Origin: Dehalococcoidia bacterium
GTDB taxonomy: Bacteria; Chloroflexota; Dehalococcoidia; Lucifugimonadales; UBA3495
DNA: 64,000 bases
Assembly: GCA_965221385.1 (NCBI GenBank)
Contig: OZ244885.1
Location: forward strand, 2,325,314 to 2,389,313
Direction: 5' to 3'
A model generated the notes under the pieces. It searched no databases and was not told the DNA's origin. It saw only the letters and a program-made list of their open reading frames with translations. Position 1 is the stretch's first letter. Every line of letters starts with the position of its first letter. The position numbers and the translations under genes were made by a program. This document shows, piece after piece, positions 56,032 to 64,000 of this stretch.

Positions 56032-57252
56032 ATGAACTCCAGGGAATATGACGTAGTAATCATAGGCGGGGGCATAATCGGCCTTTCGACGGCCATGCAA
56101 TTGGCTCGCCGCTTCCCCCAGGGCCTCCGCGTTGCGGTGGTGGAAAAGGAAAAGGACCTGGCCACGCACCAAACCGGCCACAACAGCGGTGTCATCCACT
56201 CCGGCATCTACTATCGGCCCGGTTCCCAGAAAGCCCAGTTCTGCGTGGGGGGCGCCCAGGCCCTGATGCGGTTCTGCAACGAGAACGAGATAGAGTACGA
56301 CCAGTGCGGCAAGACCATTGTCGCCACCGAAGAGTCGGAATTGCCCCGCCTGGAAAACCTCCACGAACGGGGCGTGGCCAATGGAGTGCCGGGCCTGGAG
56401 ATGATCGGTCCGGAGCGACTGAAGGAGATTGAACCCCACACCTTCGGGCTGCGGGCCTTGTGGTCGCCGGCCACCGGCATTATAGACTACGTGAAGGTTA
56501 CCGAGGCCTACGCCTCCCGCTTCCAGCAGTTCGGCGGGGACATCTACATGGACGCGGCGGTACGGTCCATTGGCGGGGAAGCCGGCGCCATGACCATCGA
56601 CACCTCGCGGGGTACGGTCCAAGCCGCCCATGTCATCAATTGCGCGGGCCTGTACGCCGACCGCATCGCCGGCATGATGGGGGAGCGGGTGAACGTGCGC
56701 ATAGTCCCATTCCGGGGCGAGTACTACACCCTGCGCCCGGAGAGCCAGTATTTGGTGAAGGGCCTCATATACCCGGTGCCGGACCCTCGTTTTCCCTTCC
56801 TGGGGGTCCACTACACCCGCAACATTCATGGCTACGTGGAGGCCGGGCCCAATGCGGTGCTGGCATTCGCCCGCGAGGGATACCGCAAAGGCAACGTGGA
56901 CGTAGCCGAGTCCGTTGGTACCCTGACCTATCCGGGCTTTTGGAAGATGGCCGCCAAACACTGGCGCACCGGCATGTCGGAGATGCACCGTTCCTACAGC
57001 AAGGGAGTGTTCGTCCACGACCTGCAGAAGCTGATTCCGGAAATAAAGGAGGAGGACCTGGCTCCCGGCGGGGCGGGAGTTCGCGCTCAGGCGGTTGCTT
57101 CAGACGGCGCCCTGCTGGACGACTTCTCCATATTGCAGGGTCGGCAGGCAATCCACGTCCTCAATGCGCCGTCTCCCGGCGCCACCTCTTCCCTGTCAAT
57201 CGGGGAGCACATCGTGAACCTGGCCGTCGAGAGCTTTGGGCTGGAGGAGTAG
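56032..57252 (+). CDS. lhgO: L-2-hydroxyglutarate oxidase (FAD-dependent)
   Basis: Start moved to ATG 56032 (GGAGG upstream). The sequence has the FAD motif DVVIIGGGIIGLSTA. HQTGHNSGVIHSGIYY is typical of LhgO. Confidence 0.85.
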   Translation: MNSREYDVVIIGGGIIGLSTAMQLARRFPQGLRVAVVEKEKDLATHQTGHNSGVIHSGIYYRPGSQKAQFCVGGAQALMRFCNENEIEYDQCGKTIVATEESELPRLENLHERGVANGVPGLEMIGPERLKEIEPHTFGLRALWSPATGIIDYVKVTEAYASRFQQFGGDIYMDAAVRSIGGEAGAMTIDTSRGTVQAAHVINCAGLYADRIAGMMGERVNVRIVPFRGEYYTLRPESQYLVKGLIYPVPDPRFPFLGVHYTRNIHGYVEAGPNAVLAFAREGYRKGNVDVAESVGTLTYPGFWKMAAKHWRTGMSEMHRSYSKGVFVHDLQKLIPEIKEEDLAPGGAGVRAQAVASDGALLDDFSILQGRQAIHVLNAPSPGATSSLSIGEHIVNLAVESFGLEE

Positions 57253-57282
57253 GGCGCTCAGATCCCGGGACAACGCATTTGG

Positions 57283-58266
57283 CTAGACCCCGGACCTGAC
57301 CAAACCCGGCATCCTCTCTTCGTCTCGGGAAGGCGCCTCGCCCTCCCATTCGTCCAGGTGTACGTGGAAGTCGCTCAGGTGCTTTACCAGCGTGTCCATG
57401 AAGTTCCGCACCGCCCGTCCCAGGAACTTGCCCCTGAGAGTGCAGACTCCCAGCACGTTGGAGGGGAAGATGTGATCCAGGGACACTACCCCCAGCTTGT
57501 TGTGGTCCTCCGGGTGCAGGGTGAAGTCGTTGCCCACCGCCACGCCCATGCCGATTTCCACGTACTGCTTCACCGACTCGGCATGGTCCACTGCCAGTAC
57601 CACGTCGAACCGGCTGCCCTTGTCCTTGAAGGCCTGTTCCAGGTTGCGGCGGGTCAGGCTCTCCGGGCTGGACAGAATCAGGGGCCAATTGGCAATGTCG
57701 TCCAGGTCTATGGGGTGCTTCTGGAGCAACTGGTGGCCAGGCGGGGTTAGCAGCACCACGCGGTAGTCGAACAGCTTGAAGAATTCCAGGGAGGGCTCGT
57801 CGGCGGGGGGAGGAGAGGTGATTGCCAGGTCCAGTTCGCCCGACTTGACCATCTGGATTAGGGTGGTATAGGGGCGGGCCGTCAACTGGAGGCGGACATC
57901 GGGGTAGAAATCTAAGTAGGACTGAATGGGCTTGGGCAGATGGTGGGTCACCACATCCGGATAGGCTCCAATGTGAAGGGAACCCCGGCGCTCGGTATAG
58001 TCCATCTGGGTTTTCAGGGTATCTACCGATTCAACTATCGGGGTTATCAGTTCCAGGAATATAGACCCTTCGGAGGTTAACTGGATGGGTCGCTTGATGC
58101 GATCGAAGAGGGTTATGCCGAACTCCTCTTCCAGCTTTCTCAGGTGGGTGGTCACCGTAGGCTGGCCCAGTTCCAGTTTTCTGGCAGCCTTGGACACGCT
58201 ATGAAAGCGCGCCACATGGTAAAAGCTGATAATCTCCCGAAGCTCCATAATATGCAGTGACCTCAT
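57283..58266 (-). CDS. LysR family transcriptional regulator
   Basis: 327 aa. N-terminal HTH FHSVSKAARKLELGQPTVTTHLRKLEEEFG. Confidence 0.88.
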   Translation of the reverse strand: MRSLHIMELREIISFYHVARFHSVSKAARKLELGQPTVTTHLRKLEEEFGITLFDRIKRPIQLTSEGSIFLELITPIVESVDTLKTQMDYTERRGSLHIGAYPDVVTHHLPKPIQSYLDFYPDVRLQLTARPYTTLIQMVKSGELDLAITSPPPADEPSLEFFKLFDYRVVLLTPPGHQLLQKHPIDLDDIANWPLILSSPESLTRRNLEQAFKDKGSRFDVVLAVDHAESVKQYVEIGMGVAVGNDFTLHPEDHNKLGVVSLDHIFPSNVLGVCTLRGKFLGRAVRNFMDTLVKHLSDFHVHLDEWEGEAPSRDEERMPGLVRSGV

Positions 58267-58281
58267 CAGGATTTAGGACAT

Positions 58282-58345
58282 ATAATACATCGATAAAAAA
58301 TATTATTCAATATCACTTGACAAAATACTAATCTATATTGAGAAT
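58282..58345. promoter_or_regulatory. Divergent control region between the LysR gene and the ferredoxin gene
   Basis: AT-rich. Inverted repeat ATAATA (58282-58287)-N13-TATTAT (58301-58306). Plus-strand promoter TTGACA (58317-58322), 17 nt, GAGAAT (58340-58345). Confidence 0.4.
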
Positions 58346-58434
58346 GAAGAACGCTGGTATTGCCTTCAAACCGGGGCAACAACAAGCAAGAGATTGATCA
58401 TTTTTGCCTCTTCCTGCGAGGAGGGACAGGGCCG

Positions 58435-58677
58435 ATGGCTTTCGTGATAACGGAACCCTGCATTGGGGTCAAGGATGCTTCCTGTGTTGAAGTGTGCCCG
58501 GTGGATTGCATCCACACCGATGAAGCGGAAGAAATGTACTTCATCAACCCGGATGACTGTATCGACTGCGCCTATTGCGAATCGGCCTGCCCGGTCAATG
58601 CCATATTCGACGAATTCACCGTCCCCGGCAATATGCGGGAGTATGTCCAGAAGAACCGGGCCTTCTTCCGGAAGTAG
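58435..58677 (+). CDS. Ferredoxin (FdxA-like, two Fe-S cluster motifs)
   Basis: Start moved to ATG 58435 (GAGGAGGGA upstream). MAFVITEPCIGVKDASCVEVCPVDCI and CIDCAYCESACPVNAI. Confidence 0.85.
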   Translation: MAFVITEPCIGVKDASCVEVCPVDCIHTDEAEEMYFINPDDCIDCAYCESACPVNAIFDEFTVPGNMREYVQKNRAFFRK

Positions 58678-58874
58678 CCGATGAAGCGCCAGGGCAGAAG
58701 AGCGCCACAACCGGCCTTCGTCCTCTGAAGCAGGGATCGCCGGAAAGAATCGCGCCCGCTCCTCGCAGACTCTCCAGTTCGCCGAATCCGGGACAAGGGT
58801 AACCCCAACCTGATCCTGGAACGACACCGGATCTCTGAGAGACACCGGATCCTGGAACGACAAGGGTAGTTTTC

Positions 58875-60416
58875 TTGGAACTCTTCCTGCTGATCCTCAG
58901 ACGACTCAACGTCATCGGCAACTTCAAGGAGCTGGGCACCGACCGACAGCGCCGGGAAACCCTCATTGGTCTGGCCGCCACCCAGTTGATGGTCCAGCTG
59001 GCCAGCATGCCCATCGCGCTGGTCATACCTTCCGTGGCGCGCCATTTCGACGTCAACGTCGCCGAGGCCGCCTGGATGGTGGTCATTCGGCTGCTGTTGT
59101 TGGGCAGCACCGTATTCCTGGCAGCCCGCCTGGGCCAGAAGTATGGCCACGCCCGGGTTTACTTCTTCGGGGCGATTCTGCTTTCGGTCGCCAGCGTCAT
59201 GGCGGCCACCTCCTTCTCCACCACCCAGCTGATCCTCTGGAGCGGGCTGGTGGGTTTGGGCGGCGCCCTGGTTACGGCCAACTCCAACGCCATTCTTTCC
59301 ATGGTCTTCCCCGCTGCCGAACGGGGCCGGGCCTTCGCGGTGCCGGTGGTGGCCGCCCGCTTTGGCACCCTCATTGGGCTGGGGTTGTTTGGCATCTTCC
59401 TCCAGTTCTTCAGCCTGCAATGGGGCTGGCGAATGGTGTTCCTGACCTCCCTCCCCGTGGGCATTCTGGCCCTGCGGTACAGCTATCCCCTGCTGAAGTA
59501 CCACGCCCAGCAGAACGTGGAGGAGATGAAGCAGGTCTCCATCAACTACGTGGGCGCAACCCTGATGGTGGGTACCCTGGGCGCCTTCATCCTGTCGGGC
59601 CTGCACATGCACGAAGGGGCAGAGTCATTCACCTCCCCCGATGCCATCAGCTACCACATTCCCATGCACCTGCTCTTCTTCGCCTCCCTGGCCCTGTTCT
59701 TTGTAATTCAGCAGCGCAGTACCGACCCCTTCGTGGATTTTGGCTACTTCAAGCAGAAGTACTTCTCCATGGCCCTGTTTACCAACACTTGCTTCCACCT
59801 TTCCATGCTGGCGGTGACAACTCTGATTCCCATACTGGTGGAAAACGGGTTGGGTCAACCTCCCATCTTCGTGGCACTGGTGCTGCTGCCCAACCAGGTA
59901 CTGGGCTTGTTCCTGCCCACCCTGGGCGGTTGGGTGCACGACCGGTACAACCCGGTATGGCTGCGGCCAGCCTCCCTGATGCTGATCGCGTTGGGCTTCT
60001 TGCTGGCCGGTTTCTTCGCCGACGACATTCCCGTCATGGCCCTGCCGATACTGTTGCTGCCGATAGCCATTGGCTCCAACCTGTTCAACTCGCCAAACAA
60101 CGCCACGGTGATGAATTCCCTGCCGGAGAACCGCAGTTTCGCTTCGGGGATGCTGGAGACCACCCGGCAGATGGGTCACTCCATCGGCACCACCATCAGC
60201 GCTACGGTGCTTGGCCTGGCGCTGCCCGTGGCCATTGACCTGCTGCCCGTGGCGGAGGCCCAGGGCCACTACATGAGCGGGTTCCAGATTTCCGCCCTTT
60301 CGGTGGTGGGAATTATGATGTCGGGCGGTATTGTTGCCATATTCCAGCGAATCCCCACCACCAGTTCCTCCGGGCCCAGAGCCGCTGCCGCCCCCGCCGG
60401 CGGCGGCGATGGCTGA
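58875..60416 (+). CDS. MFS transporter (14-segment DHA2-like)
   Basis: 513 aa with many hydrophobic segments and MFS-like loop motifs. TTG start; the N-terminus is uncertain. Confidence 0.8.
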   Translation: MELFLLILRRLNVIGNFKELGTDRQRRETLIGLAATQLMVQLASMPIALVIPSVARHFDVNVAEAAWMVVIRLLLLGSTVFLAARLGQKYGHARVYFFGAILLSVASVMAATSFSTTQLILWSGLVGLGGALVTANSNAILSMVFPAAERGRAFAVPVVAARFGTLIGLGLFGIFLQFFSLQWGWRMVFLTSLPVGILALRYSYPLLKYHAQQNVEEMKQVSINYVGATLMVGTLGAFILSGLHMHEGAESFTSPDAISYHIPMHLLFFASLALFFVIQQRSTDPFVDFGYFKQKYFSMALFTNTCFHLSMLAVTTLIPILVENGLGQPPIFVALVLLPNQVLGLFLPTLGGWVHDRYNPVWLRPASLMLIALGFLLAGFFADDIPVMALPILLLPIAIGSNLFNSPNNATVMNSLPENRSFASGMLETTRQMGHSIGTTISATVLGLALPVAIDLLPVAEAQGHYMSGFQISALSVVGIMMSGGIVAIFQRIPTTSSSGPRAAAAPAGGGDG

Positions 60417-60633
60417 GCCTTGCCTTTGGACCATCCGTCAACGGCAATATCGCCAGGGTTGAATGGGCGTCCTTCATAGGCTTGTTCCACGGTGTGCCCC
60501 TTTGGCGCGCGCCTGTACCAGCTTGTCCCGTCGCTGCCTGGGCGAATGCCCTTTTGCCAGAAAGGCGGGGCGCGGGTACACTATTCCGACCCACCAACCC
60601 CGGTGAATACTTGAACTTATGAGGTAGAGAACC

Positions 60634-61587
60634 ATGGCCCTGTTCCTTCGGGATGATGAAGTAAACCAGGCGGTGACGATGGATGATATGCTGGCTGCCA
60701 TCGAAGAGATGCAGCGGCGGTACGGCCAGGGCGAGGTTATGAACCTGGGCCGAAGGAAGATAATCGCCCCCGGCGGAATGCTGTCGGTCATGGGCGGCGG
60801 CCTCTTCTACGACAACATCCTCGGGGTCAAGACCTACACCGTGGTGCAGGGCAAGTACTCATTTCAGGTCAGCATCTACAATTCCGATACCGGCGAGTTG
60901 ATGTGCTACACCCAGGCCAACCGGCTGGGCCAGCTTCGGACGGGGGCCACCACCGGCGTTGCCGTCAAGTACCTGTCCAACCCCGACTCCGCCACCGTCG
61001 GCATAATTGGCACCGGGTACCAGGCCCCAACTCAGTTGGAGGCTATCTGCAAGGTTCGGAACATCCGCCGGATCAAGGCCTTCAGCCGCACCGCCGACCG
61101 TCGGGACGCCTTTGCCCAGGCCATGACCAATTCCCTGGGGGTGACCGTGGAATCTGTCGAAAGCAGCCAGGAGGCAGTTTCGGGAAGCGACATCGTAATC
61201 TGCATCGCCGCCGTACTGGACCCGGTATTGCAGGGTGAATGGTTGTCTCCAGGGGCCACGGTGATCGGAGCCGGCCCCACCACCTGGCGGGCGCGGGAGG
61301 TGGACGATGCCACCTTCGCCCGCGCCGACAAGATATTCGTGGACTCCCCGGAACAGGCCCCCATCGAAGTGGGGGACATGGCCAGCGCCGTGGACCGGGG
61401 CATTCTCCAATGGAGCCAGTTGCAGGAACTGCGCCACGTGGTGGCCGGCACGGTTTGCGGTCGAGATGCCGTTGACCAGATCATCTATGCCAAGCTGATG
61501 GGTACCGGCGTGGCCGACGTGGCCGCCGCCAAGCTGGCCCACGACAATGCCCGGGCCCGGGGGCTGGGTATGGAAATGGAGTGGTAG
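60634..61587 (+). CDS. Ornithine cyclodeaminase / mu-crystallin family protein
   Basis: 317 aa. LGQLRTGATTG and the Rossmann motif VGIIGTGYQAPTQL. Confidence 0.85.
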   Translation: MALFLRDDEVNQAVTMDDMLAAIEEMQRRYGQGEVMNLGRRKIIAPGGMLSVMGGGLFYDNILGVKTYTVVQGKYSFQVSIYNSDTGELMCYTQANRLGQLRTGATTGVAVKYLSNPDSATVGIIGTGYQAPTQLEAICKVRNIRRIKAFSRTADRRDAFAQAMTNSLGVTVESVESSQEAVSGSDIVICIAAVLDPVLQGEWLSPGATVIGAGPTTWRAREVDDATFARADKIFVDSPEQAPIEVGDMASAVDRGILQWSQLQELRHVVAGTVCGRDAVDQIIYAKLMGTGVADVAAAKLAHDNARARGLGMEMEW

Positions 61588-61855
61588 CGTTTCCCACCCT
61601 TCGGACTGCCACCCTTGCCCGCCCGCTCGCAGTTGGCCTTTCCCGGCCGGCCCTGGAGCGTTAGTTTTGGTTTGACAGCGCATTGGCCGGTAAGGGTACG
61701 GCGCCCCGCTCTTTCCCCGGTTTGACCCACCAGAGTTTCGCCAGCTTGAAACTTTCTTAAAATTCTTCCCTTATATTTCCTACAGCGACCTTCTCCTGGC
61801 CGGGCCAATTGGCAGCGGCCCATAGTAGAATAGAGAGGGAAAAAGGAGGAATGGA

Positions 61856-62509
61856 ATGAAATTCACCGGAAACAGGGTATTCCTGCTTCTCTTGGGGGGA
61901 GCTTTGGCGCTGGGCATTGCCGGCGGCGTCGCATTGGTCGGCGTCTTTGCCGCGAGCCAGGTCTATGCCCATGGCGGCTATGCCACGAACGGCGACGGCA
62001 CAAGTTTCGCAGCCGCCATTGCTCAGAAGCTCAGCCAGGTATTGGATGGTGAGGTGACGGAAGCCCAGGTCCAGACCGCCATGAACGGGGTGGTCGCGGA
62101 CCGGCAGGTGGCAAACTTGGAGGCTAAGTTGGATGACCTGGGCGCAGAGGATGATGCCCGGTCGGCCATACTGGAGTGGTTCGACGACTACCCCTACAGC
62201 GACCTGATCCGGTTGCGCACCATCGGCCTCGCTTCTTCCGACCGGGTGGGTGGCTACCTGGAGCGCCTGGTAAACGCCGGCCACGTCACCCAGGAACAGG
62301 CCGACGGGATACAGGCATGGTACGACCAGCGCCCCGCCTTGCCGGAAGGCCTGGAACGGTCGGGTTACGGCCGGCATGGTAAGCGCGGCGATGGCGCCGG
62401 CTCCTCGTTCCGGGGCCGGCATCACGGCGGCGGGGACGGCGCCGGTTCCTTCTTCCGAGGACGCTTCCACCGGGGCGGGGAGACCAGTTTCTCCGGCAAT
62501 CCCCTGTAG
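61856..62509 (+). CDS. Secreted hypothetical protein with a C-terminal tandem 15-aa repeat
   Basis: AAAGGAGGA SD and a signal peptide. Repeated VT.EQ helix motifs (possibly DUF2680-like). C-terminus GDGAGSSFRGRHHGG / GDGAGSFFRGRFHRG. Confidence 0.55.
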   Translation: MKFTGNRVFLLLLGGALALGIAGGVALVGVFAASQVYAHGGYATNGDGTSFAAAIAQKLSQVLDGEVTEAQVQTAMNGVVADRQVANLEAKLDDLGAEDDARSAILEWFDDYPYSDLIRLRTIGLASSDRVGGYLERLVNAGHVTQEQADGIQAWYDQRPALPEGLERSGYGRHGKRGDGAGSSFRGRHHGGGDGAGSFFRGRFHRGGETSFSGNPL

Positions 62510-62689
62510 CCATACCCAACGCCATCGTTGGCCGCGAGGGGTTGCATCCGGGTTTTGGGGCGATGGCAACGAGGCTGCCTTCGCCCCTTCTTGTCAGCCA
62601 CCGGGGGGCAGTCATGTTTGGAATGAAGGGCTAATGGTAGAGTCGGCGTTCCCATCTGATTCGAGGCATCGCAACCAGAGTGGGAAGCC

Positions 62690-62831
62690 GTCATTCCAAT
62701 TCCCAGCCCCTTCTGTTTTTCGTTCCGAGCGACAACCGAGGAATCCCAACGGGGCGAGGGCACGGCGGTTCGGGGTAGCAATCCCGCTTCTCTCCCCGCG
62801 GTTGGGATCCCCAGGCTTCGCGTGGAATGAC
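62690..62831. repeat. Repeat cluster 5: one degenerate forward/reverse core doublet
   Basis: Forward core interrupted (GTCATTCC at 62690-62697; GTTCCGAGCGACAACCGAGGAATCCCAAC at 62722-62750). Degenerate reverse core at 62801-62831. Confidence 0.6.
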
Positions 62832-62896
62832 GTTGGTTCGTTGACCCGGTATCAGTACTGACAGACCAGCTTAACTGAATCAAATGGGAGCCAAGA

Positions 62897-63418
62897 ATGG
62901 TTTTTGGCATTGTCGCCGGTTCCGTAGCGGCGGTTGTAGCGATATTGGTGTCGCTGCCCCTGCGCTCCCCCAGCGACACGCTGTTCAACAGCGCGTCGCT
63001 GGCCGTGGCGGCCCTGACTGCCGGGGTTCTTGCCGGGGCGATTTGGCAGGCTCTGGGGCGGCGTCCCTCCGGCGCGCCCGTCTTCCTTCTCGTATGGACG
63101 CTGATATTCGTACCGGTCTCGGTCGCCGCAGTATGGTATGGCCGGTCCCAGTTGGACCACTTCACGGCCTTCGCAGCGCCGCTGGCGGTGATAGTATATG
63201 GGGTGACCGGTGTCCTGACCGCGCTTCTGGGCCGCTTGCTTCCCAACCTGCGCTGGTGGTGGGGCGTTATTGCCGTCGCGGCGGCGCTGCTGTTGGGCAT
63301 TGGCCTGGTCAACCAGGGGGATCAGGAAAGCGGGGAGTTGAAACTGCCGCCTCCCAATGCTTCCGCTGCTCCCGGAGGCTCAACTGAACAGGTCGGGCGC
63401 GGGTTGTCCCAGACTTAG
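62897..63418 (+). CDS. Hypothetical membrane protein
   Basis: 173 aa with about five hydrophobic segments. No family recognised. Confidence 0.55.
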   Translation: MVFGIVAGSVAAVVAILVSLPLRSPSDTLFNSASLAVAALTAGVLAGAIWQALGRRPSGAPVFLLVWTLIFVPVSVAAVWYGRSQLDHFTAFAAPLAVIVYGVTGVLTALLGRLLPNLRWWWGVIAVAAALLLGIGLVNQGDQESGELKLPPPNASAAPGGSTEQVGRGLSQT

Positions 63419-63447
63419 GTCGTGGCAGCAGCGGAAAGGCTCGAAGC

Positions 63448-64000
63448 ATGAAAGTTGCGCCAATGTCCCTTCGCCGGAACCTCAACAGGGCGCCCACAAC
63501 CTCAATGCCGGAAACAGGAATGCTCATGCGAACAACAATGGGAATTACATCGGGAGAACACTTTCGGGTTTTAGCAATCAGGGCAGTACTGACTGGTTCA
63601 CTCCTCCTGCTGCTGACCCTGGCAGCAGTGGGGTGCAGCCCCTCGGCCCAGCCCGCAACAGCGCCCCCAGCCACGACCGCCAGTACATCCCCGGTCTCGG
63701 ACCAGGTTGCTCCCACGGCGCCCCCAGTACCAACCGAGCCGGCGCCGGCTACGCCCGCCCAACCACCGGCGGCGTCCCCCGCCGTAACGGAGGCCCAGCC
63801 GGTTTCCCCAACTGAACCAGCCCCGGAGGATACTCCGGAACCGGAAAGTACCCCAGTGCCGGAAGATACGAACACACCCGAACCCGAGGCGGCGGGTATT
63901 GGCTACGTCATCGGCGAGGGTTCCGAAGTCACCTTTACCGTTAACGAAAAATTGGCGTGGCTGGACCTTCCCAATGATGCCGTCATGCGCTCGGCGGCTC
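63448..64000 (+). CDS. Lipoprotein with Pro-rich linker and YceI-like domain start (3' end beyond the window)
   Basis: Not in the track because there is no stop in the window. The reading frame is open from ATG 63448 (alternative ATG 63520 or 63526). Lipobox LAAVGC, a P/T/A/E-rich linker, then GYVIGEGSEVTFTVNEKL, which resembles the YceI family N-terminus. Confidence 0.5.
   Translation, partial: MKVAPMSLRRNLNRAPTTSMPETGMLMRTTMGITSGEHFRVLAIRAVLTGSLLLLLTLAAVGCSPSAQPATAPPATTASTSPVSDQVAPTAPPVPTEPAPATPAQPPAASPAVTEAQPVSPTEPAPEDTPEPESTPVPEDTNTPEPEAAGIGYVIGEGSEVTFTVNEKLAWLDLPNDAVMRSAA

Overview
This is a visibly GC-rich bacterial chromosomal segment. The gene content fits a Chloroflexota-like organism, but that placement is a low-confidence inference. 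It rests on an alternative complex III operon, an F420-type LLM oxidoreductase, clpC-radA, an unlinked 5S rRNA, and many TTG/GTG starts behind good Shine-Dalgarno (SD) sites.

I call about 57 protein genes, almost all housekeeping:
- DNA repair and nucleotide or histidine metabolism: nfo, pyrF, hisIE, hisF, hisS.
- Transport: a complete liv-type branched-chain amino-acid ABC operon, a second amino-acid binding protein, a CopA P-type ATPase, an MFS transporter.
- Proteostasis and repair: clpC-radA.
- Sulfur assimilation: sulfite reductase plus hemD.
- 2-oxoacid metabolism: lipB plus a 2-oxoacid dehydrogenase E1alpha/E1beta/E2 operon.
- Respiration: alternative complex III (ACIII; actA, B1, B2, two NrfD-type subunits, D, E) followed by a ccmH-like gene.
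- Assorted oxidoreductases and hydrolases, a LysR regulator and a ferredoxin.

I see no transposase, integrase, cas, restriction or recognisable defence genes, and no multi-gene block of unknown function.

The unusual content is non-coding or very small:
1. A leaderless poly-Cys leader peptide with mutually exclusive hairpins and a terminator lies upstream of sulfite reductase. It looks like a cysteine-sensing attenuator.
2. A two-part interspersed repeat family forms five clusters, mostly in convergent intergenic zones. It consists of a 32-37 nt GTCATTCCGAGCG..CCGAGGAATCCCAAC core in 75-81 bp tandem units plus a 28-nt GC palindrome. One cluster mimics a CRISPR array. Another is interrupted by an AT-rich single-gene cassette.
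3. Three strongly signalled small ORFs of unknown function lie upstream of copA. Two of them are paralogs.
4. A stand-alone 5S rRNA gene has its own promoter-like signal.
5. The ACIII gene architecture is non-canonical.

All calls come from reading the sequence and ORF track by eye. No searches or folding programs were run.
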